Notes: generated by a model not told the origin, from the letters alone. Counted from the stretch's first letter, positions 8,362-16,494 are shown. The stretch is 64,000 nt of DNA from a virus (IMGVR_UViG_3300033463_000001:32001-96000), one strand, 5' to 3'. Made by a program: numbers and translations.

Positions 8362-8633
8362 AAAATATCTATTATGTCAGCGTGCTCAGGATGGTGCTTC
8401 AGGTAAGCCTCAGCAAGCGATTTGTCGATGTAGTATCTTTTAAAGAAGTCCGGTGCTGCGGCTTCCCATTCCTCTTTATGCGATGTGACGTTACCCTCAA
8501 AAGGCTCCGGCTCATGCTTCTTACAATCCTCAATTGCATCAGGGAGAGTTACCTGCCACACAGTTGGATGTAGGCATACAGGGTCGCCATCCCATACATT
8601 AAAGAACTTACACTCTAAGCATCTTGTTTCCAT
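8352..8633 (-). CDS. hypothetical Cys-rich protein
   Basis: METRCLECKFF...; stop overlaps 5' end of tRNA-Tyr. Confidence 0.7.
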   Translation of the reverse strand: METRCLECKFFNVWDGDPVCLHPTVWQVTLPDAIEDCKKHEPEPFEGNVTSHKEEWEAAAPDFFKRYYIDKSLAEAYLKHHPEHADIIDILGG

Positions 8634-8650
8634 TGTACGCTGTATTTTTG

Positions 8651-8723
8651 CAGGAGTGGTAGGGCTCGAACCCACGACCAACGGTTTTGGAGACCGCTAC
8701 TCTACCAACTGAGCTACACTCCT
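8651..8723 (-). tRNA. tRNA-Trp(CCA)
   Basis: gcggt-CT CCA AA-accgt. Confidence 0.92.
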
Positions 8724-8727
8724 GTGT

Positions 8728-9015
8728 AATATAAAATAAGGGTGTGCTGTTACGCCAAAGCCCTCCCGTAAGTCCTACCAGAAGTGGGTTCATAACCCCG
8801 CCGTACTGCCAACGTACCATTCTCTTGAGGGTGGACTGATTACCCCATTATGGACGGCAGACCATTGAATTACCAATGTCATGTTGTGGATGTCTCCCTT
8901 ACAGTCAATAACACTCTGGGCTATTAACTCCCAGTTGCCTAAGGCTCATAGGGCACTTTCTGCACACTCCTTAGAAGATGGCTGCTTCCAGGCCAACTTT
9001 CCCTTATTTTATATT
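8728..9015 (-). ncRNA. 23S rRNA H43-H44 (L11-binding, GTPase-associated centre) mimic with 210-nt insertion
   Basis: GUUGGCCUGGAAGCAGCCAUCUUCUAAGGAGU...GCGUAACAGCACAC closed by a perfect 15-bp terminal helix. Confidence 0.8.
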
Positions 9016-9017
9016 TG

Positions 9018-9088
9018 TTGCCCCACTCCGATTCGAACGGGGATTCCATGAACCAAAATCATGTGTCCTGCCATTGGACGATAGGGCA
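9018..9088 (-). tRNA. tRNA-Gln(TTG)
   Basis: catga-TT TTG GT-tcatg. Confidence 0.88.
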
Positions 9089-9092
9089 AATA

Positions 9093-9143
9093 AAAACAGG
9101 CAAGGTAATTGAAGTTTGTGCCTTCGATATGCCCTGCCTGTTT
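9093..9143 (-). terminator. intrinsic terminator candidate
   Basis: aaacaggca...tgcctgttt stem then U-run on minus strand. Confidence 0.5.
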
Positions 9144-9161
9144 AGAACCGGTTAGTTGATG

Positions 9162-9626
9162 TTACTCAATAAATGGGAACTCATCTACTACCGTTGCCTC
9201 TTTTACCTTGTTGGGTTGCTCCCGATTTGTAAACCGTCGGTTCACCGAGAACGTGAGGCCTGTTCCAATTTCTTTAACATATCCCTGCACTAAAATATCG
9301 TATGTTCCGGATGCTGCGTTTGCACTGAATCGACTTGCGAGTGAATCGTTAACCGCCTTCATTGCAGCAATCTCTTTCGCATTACCTTTTTCCAACACTT
9401 CCTGTTGCCAGGATACCTGTTGACTATTGAACGGGATGGTATCACCGAGCTTGAGAGCCAGAGTTGCCGTACCGTCCATGGAATACGAACCTTCGGGGAA
9501 TACCACTTCGAACTCGCCGTCACCATCACCAGTGATAGCAACGTTATACGCCAGCCCGAATTGGGTAGACTTACACGATGTTAATGTCAGCGCCGCACAG
9601 AGCAGCATGAAAAGAAACTTCTTCAT
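9162..9626 (-). CDS. lipoprotein
   Basis: MKKFLFMLLCAALTLTSC lipobox. Confidence 0.8.
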   Translation of the reverse strand: MKKFLFMLLCAALTLTSCKSTQFGLAYNVAITGDGDGEFEVVFPEGSYSMDGTATLALKLGDTIPFNSQQVSWQQEVLEKGNAKEIAAMKAVNDSLASRFSANAASGTYDILVQGYVKEIGTGLTFSVNRRFTNREQPNKVKEATVVDEFPFIE

Positions 9627-9665
9627 AATTCAATCTTGTTGTTAATGTTGTTATTGTTTACGTTG

Positions 9666-9737
9666 TTGCGCTAGATGGATTCGAACCACCGACCTCCAGG
9701 TTATGAGCCTGGCAAGCTACCACTGCTCTATAGCGCG
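9666..9737 (-). tRNA. tRNA-fMet(CAT)
   Basis: C1:A72 mismatch, ccagg-CT CAT AA-cctgg. Confidence 0.88.
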
Positions 9738-9774
9738 ATATGTAGTCTCTCAAAGAGCTATTAGTTTCAAAAAA

Positions 9775-9925
9775 CCTCTTGGTTGTGTGTAGCGTTGATG
9801 AAAAAATTAATAAAAACATCAACTTAGACACGAGGTCGTATAACACACATCCCAAGTAGGAACTACGAAAGGGAACGTAGCTGGCTGTGATTATTGTGAT
9901 GCCTCATTCACGCATTTTCTTCAGT
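9775..9925. ncRNA. candidate structured RNA between tRNAs
   Basis: cttgg..tgtgtgt/acacaca..ccaag, gttgatg/catcaac and ctacg/cgtag stems. Confidence 0.35.
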
Positions 9926-9929
9926 TGCG

Positions 9930-10003
9930 AGCCTCCAGCCGGCTTCGAACCAGCGACCTGCTGATTACAAATCAGCCGCTCTGACCAACTGAGCTATGGA
10001 GGC
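9930..10003 (-). tRNA. tRNA-Thr(TGT)
   Basis: gctga-TT TGT AA-tcagc. Confidence 0.92.
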
Positions 10004-10009
10004 ATAAAA

Positions 10010-11200
10010 ACAAAGACTTCTTGACTACCGTGCACGTAGAGTCTTTGCACCTTGCCTATGGTCTACTATGTCCTGACCTACACAAGTCGGTAAAGTACAA
10101 TCCAAACCCGACCACAGCCAGACTGGCGCTATCATCTGAAACCACAACCTCAAGAAAGTTGGGAAAACGGCTCCAGAAGCTCTTGGTGAAGTGTCTAATA
10201 CGCGATAAGTGCTGTACTTTACGGCAATAACACGCACGAGTAAAAATAACACTACACCTCAAACATATCCGGCCATATAGGAGACCGGTACCCTCCGCAT
10301 CGGGTGTTAAGTCGCTGCGGCTCCTAGATTATCTCGACTAGGCTCTAGGCTGCCATGTCTCATCCGGGTCGGTACGAATTGTGAAGCCCCAGTGGGTGTT
10401 GACAGAGCATGCTATCGAGATAGATGCTGACGAGTCGTCACCCGGATGAAATAGGATTGACTGATTGAGTTCAGTCAGTCTATAAGAACCGATGTATGCG
10501 GCCTCTCGCTGCTTTGCGGAAAGGAGGTGGTGCACAAGCCAGACGGAGACGGCGGCCACACCGGTGTTAAATACAAACTATCGTACTGCGTCTTACGGAC
10601 TGGTGAAACTGAAGATTTCATTCAGATATGCCCTCGCGCAATGGCTATATGCTTCGTCGCCTGCGTCCGGGTTTGTCACTGGTCGACATGAAGAAACGAA
10701 TCTCAACATGCCCCATTGGATAATGGTTTACACCGCGTGCGGTTCTACTCACCTGTTGCGTTATTCTCACCCTGTTTTATTCTGCAAATTAGTATCACTA
10801 TATCTACAGGATTGCTCTACGTCCATCAGGAAGCTCCATTGAGCGCCTACCGGGAAACCGGTTAGATGGGGTTACGGAGAGGCAAGGTTCAGCCCCGTGC
10901 GGGTTCTGCCCGCCAGCGGGTTCTACCCGCGAATGATACACTGAACGTGATAGTCTGTAAAGGAGTGTGGGGCGGCGCGGCTTTCGATAGCGAAGCCAGT
11001 GTGCGTAACTATTGAAACAAAGCGCCGCCACCACGGAACCGACTGGTGGGAAAATGATTGATTGGTAAGTATGGGCACGCGCCCGAATGGCACGTGGGAA
11101 AGTGTGGAGCCCGGAGCATGGTGCCGCGATAGAATAGCAGCGAGGCGCCCCTTAGGTCTCCTGGAAATCCAGTCGGTTGGAAATTAGTCTAAGGTACAAA
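10010..11200 (+). ncRNA. large highly structured ncRNA candidate (GOLLD/ROOL-like class or new)
   Basis: no credible ORF; many 8-10 bp long-range helices; G.U pairs and GAAA loops favour + strand. Confidence 0.6.
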
Positions 11201-11219
11201 TTTCAAAGAACGTTTTTAG

Positions 11220-11292
11220 TGGACACAGGTGGGATTCGAACCCCTCTGTCACAGTGCAAATGTGACGTGCTAGCCGTTACACTACCCGGCCC
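11220..11292 (-). tRNA. tRNA-Ala(TGC) with atypical acceptor and T stems
   Basis: tcaca-TT TGC AC-tgtga, G3.U70, A73; 8 nt precede U8. Confidence 0.72.
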
Positions 11293-11296
11293 AGAG

Positions 11297-11635
11297 TTGA
11301 CACAATCCCAGGTTACCCCAGGCTTCCTACTAAGAAAATCTTTTCAGAACCACATCGTGTCATTGTAGTGCCCGCAGATTTCGCTCTGGAGGTCTCGGCG
11401 CCATATTCATGGAGTTGAGCGGTTGGGCGGTAGCCAGCCCCATCTCTGTTCGGGTTTGAACAGCACACTCAGCATGTTGTGCTACAACCGCATGTAAGGG
11501 ATTTCGCGGACGGTAAATGCCGGTACCAAGTTAATTGTTATTGTCTTGATAGGAACCGTGCTTGGGTAGCCAGACCGTCGCCCTTTGCGTTTTTATGGTC
11601 TGACGTAAGTTACAAGCCTCTATGCGTTACCCCTG
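11297..11635 (+). ncRNA. candidate structured RNA
   Basis: gcggttg/caaccgc, ctgttc/gaacag, cagacc/ggtctg, tgacac/gtgtca stems; no ORF. Confidence 0.4.
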
Positions 11636-11813
11636 TGGTCTATAAATATGCGTTACATATCAAAAACCATCACTAATATAGTACTTTTTTTTCATATACG
11701 CAACAATTTCGTTAATTTTTTTGCATTTTTTTTATTTTTTATGTCTGCTGAGGCTCCATGTACTAAATTAAGTACAAGCACCCCCGTGTGTGCGCAGGCT
11801 GTGCGACGCGTGT

Positions 11814-12503
11814 TCAATAATCAATTAGTATGACTTGATTCGAACTGTGGTCGCCGGCGGCAAGTTGTCTGCACTGTATGTGGAATTCACTCAAGGCCTG
11901 TTTGGCGTAGTTGGCTGTCCAGTGTGCCTGACAGAACTCACTCACCGGTCGACTGGTTACGTTCTCCTTAACAATCAGGTGATAGTAGACCCTCTCGTAC
12001 TCCGTGCCGTATTGGCTGAAGGATAGTACTCCAGGGAACCCGTTGTCCTCGTCGAAGTAATAGACGGCTGCGGCTTCGTACTTGTTATAATTGGTGATAT
12101 ATAGCGAGAAGTACGTGTACATATTTACCATCTCGAAGATGACATCACCTCCTGACGCCGGGAATTGGAGGATACTCACCTTGTTGTTCCCGTACTGTCC
12201 ATCATGACGAGGCCAGAACTTATAGCTGTCCCATTGATATCCTATGTAGGCCGTAATCCAGCAGACTCCGTGTTCGTCGTAGTAGACAGTGTACGGGCTT
12301 CCAGGTTTGCCACTTGTGTTGGTTGTCCCAGTGGTGTTGTTGCCTTGCGTGGTGCCTGTGTTATTATTACCTGCAGTGTTGTTGTCACCGGGAGTGGTGT
12401 TACGCTCTGTCCGGTATCCAGTATCTTCAGGTTCGTTATACTGCAGGAATTCGCAGGCGTTGCAGAGGAGTACGATGCTTATACATAGGATGAATCGTTT
12501 CAT
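11814..12503 (-). CDS. lipoprotein with Thr/Asn/Gly-rich linker
   Basis: lipobox LCNAC; GNNT repeats. Confidence 0.78.
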   Translation of the reverse strand: MKRFILCISIVLLCNACEFLQYNEPEDTGYRTERNTTPGDNNTAGNNNTGTTQGNNTTGTTNTSGKPGSPYTVYYDEHGVCWITAYIGYQWDSYKFWPRHDGQYGNNKVSILQFPASGGDVIFEMVNMYTYFSLYITNYNKYEAAAVYYFDEDNGFPGVLSFSQYGTEYERVYYHLIVKENVTSRPVSEFCQAHWTANYAKQALSEFHIQCRQLAAGDHSSNQVILIDY

Positions 12504-12763
12504 TTCTTCTTCTTTCTGAGGTAATAAGGATTAAACGTTGTTCGGTACTCAAGTTCCATGGCCATCTGTTTGCTGTAGCCCTTCTCTTCCATATCGTATT
12601 CGGCGATATCGAGGAAGGCCGCGAACTGTCCGTCATCCATCTTCAGGACTCTAGGTAGACCCATCTCTTTGTTTAGCTCTGAGCGAGATGTCTTGATGGT
12701 ACCATGGCAGGATGTGAATACTGCATCCGGGTCTACTTGTACTCTACTCCTCGTCCTGCTCAT
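12500..12763 (-). CDS. hypothetical protein
   Basis: operon overlap. Confidence 0.7.
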   Translation of the reverse strand: MSRTRSRVQVDPDAVFTSCHGTIKTSRSELNKEMGLPRVLKMDDGQFAAFLDIAEYDMEEKGYSKQMAMELEYRTTFNPYYLRKKKK

Positions 12764-13133
12764 TGTTCTCTGGGATTAATTGAACGTTGGTGTATTCAAC
12801 CTCGCGTACTAAGACGGATTCCTGGTAGAAGGTGTGGCAGATAGTGCGGGCGAGTTTATCCACTGAAGGACCTTTGGTGAAGACCAAGTCGATAGTGTAA
12901 GACTCCTCTTCGTATACCTGACCGGAGTCTGAGCGGTAGAGGCCGGTTCCCTTGGTGAGAGTCATGCCGTCGATTCCACAGGACTCAAGCATCTTATGGA
13001 GAAGCGGCTTGAAGTGGCGCTTGTTCCAGCGAGTCTGCTTGCGCTGCTTATACCAGTTCTTGAACGGGTTCTTGTCAAGCTGGATGGCGTTTACATCCAG
13101 AGAGAAGGTGACGAGTGCGTGCATGTGTTCCAT
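12744..13133 (-). CDS. DUF3574-like small alpha/beta protein
   Basis: DGMTLTKGTGLYR...EES...FYQESVLV pattern. Confidence 0.55.
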   Translation of the reverse strand: MEHMHALVTFSLDVNAIQLDKNPFKNWYKQRKQTRWNKRHFKPLLHKMLESCGIDGMTLTKGTGLYRSDSGQVYEEESYTIDLVFTKGPSVDKLARTICHTFYQESVLVREVEYTNVQLIPENNEQDEE

Positions 13134-13153
13134 ATCGATTCGTAGTTTTTATG

Positions 13154-13363
13154 TTAATACAACTCAACCGGAATGGCCTCACAGCGGTAACCGCGCACCT
13201 CAAGGAAATGCATTGCGTTCTTCAGGGACTGCTCAGACTTGAACACGTGACAGTAGTCAAGATTCCTGGTGAACAGGTTTTGTTTGTAGATGTAGTTGCG
13301 TACGAGATACTTCTCTTTTTTAGTGCCGAGCAACTGAACGGCAAAAAGCTTTTTATTCTCCAT
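13154..13363 (-). CDS. hypothetical protein
   Basis: first gene after promoter 13427. Confidence 0.7.
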   Translation of the reverse strand: MENKKLFAVQLLGTKKEKYLVRNYIYKQNLFTRNLDYCHVFKSEQSLKNAMHFLEVRGYRCEAIPVELY

Positions 13364-13383
13364 AACGATTGATGTTTATGCCA

Positions 13384-13401
13384 TGTACTAAATTTAGTAC
13401 A
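13384..13401. promoter_or_regulatory. 18-bp palindrome TGTACTAAATTTAGTACA (one of 7 copies)
   Basis: perfect palindrome; variants at 11759, 14969, 17137, 28900, 35853, 39325. Confidence 0.75.
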
Positions 13402-13426
13402 ACGGGCGGGTTAATTCAAATTGTGA

Positions 13427-13460
13427 TGCAAAGATAAGTAAAAAATCTGAGATTTGCAAA
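13427..13460 (-). promoter_or_regulatory. Bacteroidota-type promoter (no 24-bp palindrome)
   Basis: TTTG...TATCTTTG. Confidence 0.8.
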
Positions 13461-13478
13461 TCCTTTGGACGATTTTTC

Positions 13479-14201
13479 TCAATCCTTCACCACGGTTACT
13501 GTTGCAATGATATCTCCGGTAGCACGATTCTCGATGACGAACATGCTGTCCGGACTCATCTCGACGACTCCGTTAAGCTCCTTGTTCCTGGTGATATTGA
13601 ATAACGCCCTAAGGGAAGTGCGGGTCGATGGAAGCTTGGACTGCTGTCCTCCTGGAACACTGAAGACCTGACTGGATGATATGAGCGCCTTCCGGAACTT
13701 CTCAAGCTCTTTCTGGTAAGCTCGCTCGGCAGCATCCTTGATGGCCTTATCGTACGTGTTCCACTCCGGGAAACAGCGCAGCGTCTTCATAGCGTCCAGG
13801 AATATTTCCTCTCCTCGTTCAGATATTAGAGCCTGTCCGACGTGAGCGATATCCATCAGTCTCTGGCTAGAGGTAACCATGCGAAGCCCAGGTTTGAACT
13901 CTGAGAAGATTCGTACCAATCCCTTCATGTAGACGATTTGCCCCTTCAGGAATAGTATGGATTCGTCGTATCCGTGAGCCATGGTGAGAGTCCCGTACGA
14001 GACGACTCTGGTGGACAGCATGGACGAAGCAGTGGTGCATGTCTCAGTGTGCAGTTGTGCTACATCGATAGCCTTAGACTCCTGAATATACTCGAATGCA
14101 TCACGGCGTACTTCAGTAATGTCCGTATACGGTCGATGGTCGTGCTTGGCGCGCAGATAGCGATACAGGTTGAGCAGATTTAAATTCTTAGTGTCTGACA
14201 T
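13479..14201 (-). CDS. hypothetical protein
   Basis: 240-aa ORF. Confidence 0.85.
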   Translation of the reverse strand: MSDTKNLNLLNLYRYLRAKHDHRPYTDITEVRRDAFEYIQESKAIDVAQLHTETCTTASSMLSTRVVSYGTLTMAHGYDESILFLKGQIVYMKGLVRIFSEFKPGLRMVTSSQRLMDIAHVGQALISERGEEIFLDAMKTLRCFPEWNTYDKAIKDAAERAYQKELEKFRKALISSSQVFSVPGGQQSKLPSTRTSLRALFNITRNKELNGVVEMSPDSMFVIENRATGDIIATVTVVKD

Positions 14202-14354
14202 ATACGTGTGTGTTTTTATTAACTGACGCGAGCCTCAGCGCTGTTGACGTAGAGCCCAAAGGCGTCCGGTGTTTCAATACCCTTTTGTTGGTCTGCGATA
14301 ATATCGGCTAAACTCTTCTTCATGACAGTGAATCGTTTAAAGGTTATACATTGT

Positions 14355-14555
14355 TTACTTGTTCTGAGCAACGAAGTCCTCGATGAAGCGATAGTAGTCC
14401 AGTGCGCTGTCATCAATGATGTCAGAAAGCCAGTATCCATCCATGTCACAGATGTGCTCTCCGGACGGCTTGTAGACGTTTACGACGTGGGAACCTTGTT
14501 CTTGCTTAACAACGAGTTCGCCAGTTTGCTCTGAGTAAAAATCAATTTGTTTCAT
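14355..14555 (-). CDS. hypothetical acidic protein
   Basis: first gene after promoter 14585. Confidence 0.7.
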   Translation of the reverse strand: MKQIDFYSEQTGELVVKQEQGSHVVNVYKPSGEHICDMDGYWLSDIIDDSALDYYRFIEDFVAQNK

Positions 14556-14584
14556 ATGCGTGATGTGTTTGAATCAAAAACCGA

Positions 14585-14618
14585 TGCAAAGATAAGTAAA
14601 ATTTTTGAAATATGCAAA
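14585..14618 (-). promoter_or_regulatory. Bacteroidota-type promoter (no 24-bp palindrome)
   Basis: TTTG...TATCTTTG. Confidence 0.8.
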
Positions 14619-14673
14619 TCTTTTCGACGATTTTTTGAAAAAAGTTTACAACTTGCTGTATATCAATTGGTTA

Positions 14674-14964
14674 TTATCCAATGAACTTCAGCATCTTCAG
14701 ACGCTTTGCGTAGTCCTCCCGGTCTTCATTCGTTAGCACTGCATGTTTTTGTCCAATGTGGAACATGCCACAGGTTGGACACTTGTATGCGACGGCTTTA
14801 TGAGTCTGGGTTGGTTTCGAGTTTAATCGATAACATTCACGGACGGCGTCTTTCTCTGCGAAGCCAATCTTTGGTTTCGAGTCCTTTGTATAATGGGTTA
14901 GGTTCGCCCTGGTGAGTCGTATACCATTCCCATTCTCCTTGAGGAAAAACACTTGTGTATCCAT
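14674..14964 (-). CDS. small Zn-ribbon phage protein
   Basis: AYKCPTCGMFHIG. Confidence 0.75.
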   Translation of the reverse strand: MDTQVFFLKENGNGIRLTRANLTHYTKDSKPKIGFAEKDAVRECYRLNSKPTQTHKAVAYKCPTCGMFHIGQKHAVLTNEDREDYAKRLKMLKFIG

Positions 14965-14992
14965 ACGTTATACTAAATTAAGTACAAGGGAC

Positions 14993-15199
14993 TCACCGTG
15001 GCGCCTGCAGGTATACCGGTTCTCCCTGGTCGAAGACATACCAATATACCAGACCGGCGTTGAAGTCGACTCTGTTCTTGGTGACCCATATCAGGTGAAG
15101 CCAGGCGCTGACTCTGAGGTAGGACACGAACTCGTCTACGATGTACTGTTTTCCGGTGTAGGCGTTTGATGCATACACGGTAAGCTTATGCGGTTTCAT
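14993..15199 (-). CDS. hypothetical protein
   Basis: ATGA overlap. Confidence 0.65.
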   Translation of the reverse strand: MKPHKLTVYASNAYTGKQYIVDEFVSYLRVSAWLHLIWVTKNRVDFNAGLVYWYVFDQGEPVYLQAPR

Positions 15200-15564
15200 G
15201 CCTTTGCCTCCTTCTTAGCTCGTTTAGCACTTTCTTTGGCAGCTTTCTTGGCTGCGGCTCGTGCTGCCCTATCGCCACCGTAACGCTCTTTGATGATGCG
15301 CAACTCGTAGCAATAGACGCGTGCTGCATTCCGGTAGTCAAAGGAGCGACCACCAACTCGACCCAACACGAGGTCAATCATGTCTGCGCCATCGGCAGCG
15401 TCAAGTGCCGTGTAGATGACTTCGCCATCCTTCTCCTCAAAACTCTCTGCGTAGCCATCCAAGAGATAGCGCAGGTACTTATAAGCCTCTTTGCTTGCAG
15501 GGTTCTCCATGCAATCCGGACGTTTGAATAAACGCAACTGAACCGGTTTTCCTTTTGTCCACAT
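15196..15564 (-). CDS. hypothetical protein with Ala/Lys-rich tail
   Basis: C-terminal AAKKAAKESAKRAKKEAKA. Confidence 0.75.
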   Translation of the reverse strand: MWTKGKPVQLRLFKRPDCMENPASKEAYKYLRYLLDGYAESFEEKDGEVIYTALDAADGADMIDLVLGRVGGRSFDYRNAARVYCYELRIIKERYGGDRAARAAAKKAAKESAKRAKKEAKA

Positions 15565-15576
15565 AGTCTCAAAAAT

Positions 15577-15780
15577 TTAATAGGTTGGTTCACTAATGAT
15601 TTTATCTAACTCCCGAATACACTTCGGTGCGTCTATCGGCAAGCCCAGCAACTCAAGGTCAGCCAAGAGTGTCTCAAGTTTGCGCATGTCCTTGTACCCC
15701 ACTTCGGTGAGGTCACCATTCTCTTTTAAAATATGCTTGTGACCATATGTCTCGGTCAAGATTTGTTCAAGTGATTTCAT
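15577..15780 (-). CDS. hypothetical protein
   Basis: operon packing. Confidence 0.7.
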   Translation of the reverse strand: MKSLEQILTETYGHKHILKENGDLTEVGYKDMRKLETLLADLELLGLPIDAPKCIRELDKIISEPTY

Positions 15781-15903
15781 ACTGATGAAATATTAATGTG
15801 AAACGTTGTTGTGAAAAGAACGCGTCTGAGCGCACGTAACGTATGTGGATGATAAGTTGCTCACCAAATGCGCGAAATGCGCTCAGAACGTCCGAAAAGC
15901 GGG

Positions 15904-16194
15904 TTAGATAGACATTGAGATATAATCCCGTAGCGTGGCTACCAATTCACCGCCTTGTGTTGACATCTTGCGATTGTGCTCGCTGCAAATCACTTTGTAG
16001 CCTTGCTGCTCGCAGTAGGACTTGAATGCACGCATATCCTCTTTGGCATTGAAATATGTTCCCATTTCGTACTCGATGGTGCGTGCGTTATAGCGGTGCT
16101 TGATACCACCTAACATGTGGTTCTCCGCCAACTCCGTAAACTTCTCTCCGGTCATGAGTGTTCCACTCAACTGGATGTCATACATTTTCTGCAT
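15904..16194 (-). CDS. hypothetical protein
   Basis: start reassigned to MQKM downstream of leader pseudoknot. Confidence 0.75.
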   Translation of the reverse strand: MQKMYDIQLSGTLMTGEKFTELAENHMLGGIKHRYNARTIEYEMGTYFNAKEDMRAFKSYCEQQGYKVICSEHNRKMSTQGGELVATLRDYISMSI

Positions 16195-16204
16195 ACGCGA
16201 AAAA

Positions 16205-16230
16205 TCAATTAACCTATACATTGAGAGGTT
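16205..16230 (-). promoter_or_regulatory. 5'-leader H-type pseudoknot (one of ~12 copies)
   Basis: ACCU-c-UCAAU-guau-AGGU-ua-AUUGA; covaries with other copies. Confidence 0.75.
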
Positions 16231-16252
16231 TTAGTTGTTATTTAAATTCGCT

Positions 16253-16341
16253 TGCAAAGATAAGTAAAATTTTTCAAATATGCAAATTTTTCGTGAAAAA
16301 AATGTAAAATATCTGCATTTTGCTAACTTGACTTTGCAAAA
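16253..16341 (-). promoter_or_regulatory. early cassette head: promoter + 24-bp palindrome
   Basis: promoter consensus; palindrome 16318-16341, offset 65. Confidence 0.85.
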
Positions 16342-16342
16342 G

Positions 16343-16415
16343 TGCCCCCATCGGGACTCGAACCCGAATCTAAGACTTAGGAGGTCCTTATTCTATCCAA
16401 TTGAACTATGGGAAC
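16343..16415 (-). tRNA. tRNA-Arg(CCT)
   Basis: aggac-CT CCT AA-gtctt; isolated in early region. Confidence 0.9.
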
Positions 16416-16494
16416 GTGCCACCGGTTACTTCAGTACGAGAACCGCAAGGATGGCGATAAGTAATGCGTTTGTAAGTGACATGGCTCTGTGTGT

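Noticed and set aside
8728-9015. A true 23S rRNA gene or host contamination
   Set aside because: Similarity is limited to ~50 nt in two pieces with a non-rRNA closing helix, embedded among phage tRNAs
10426-10490. Hammerhead ribozyme (CTGACGA...GAAA...ATA)
   Set aside because: Stem III forms, but stem I cannot pair and stem II is weak; the segment pairs better with 10360-10369
10800-11200. RNase P RNA or tmRNA
   Set aside because: Only partial look-alikes (AGGAAGCTCC, AGAACCCG) on inconsistent strands; no P4 pair, tRNA-like domain or tag ORF seen
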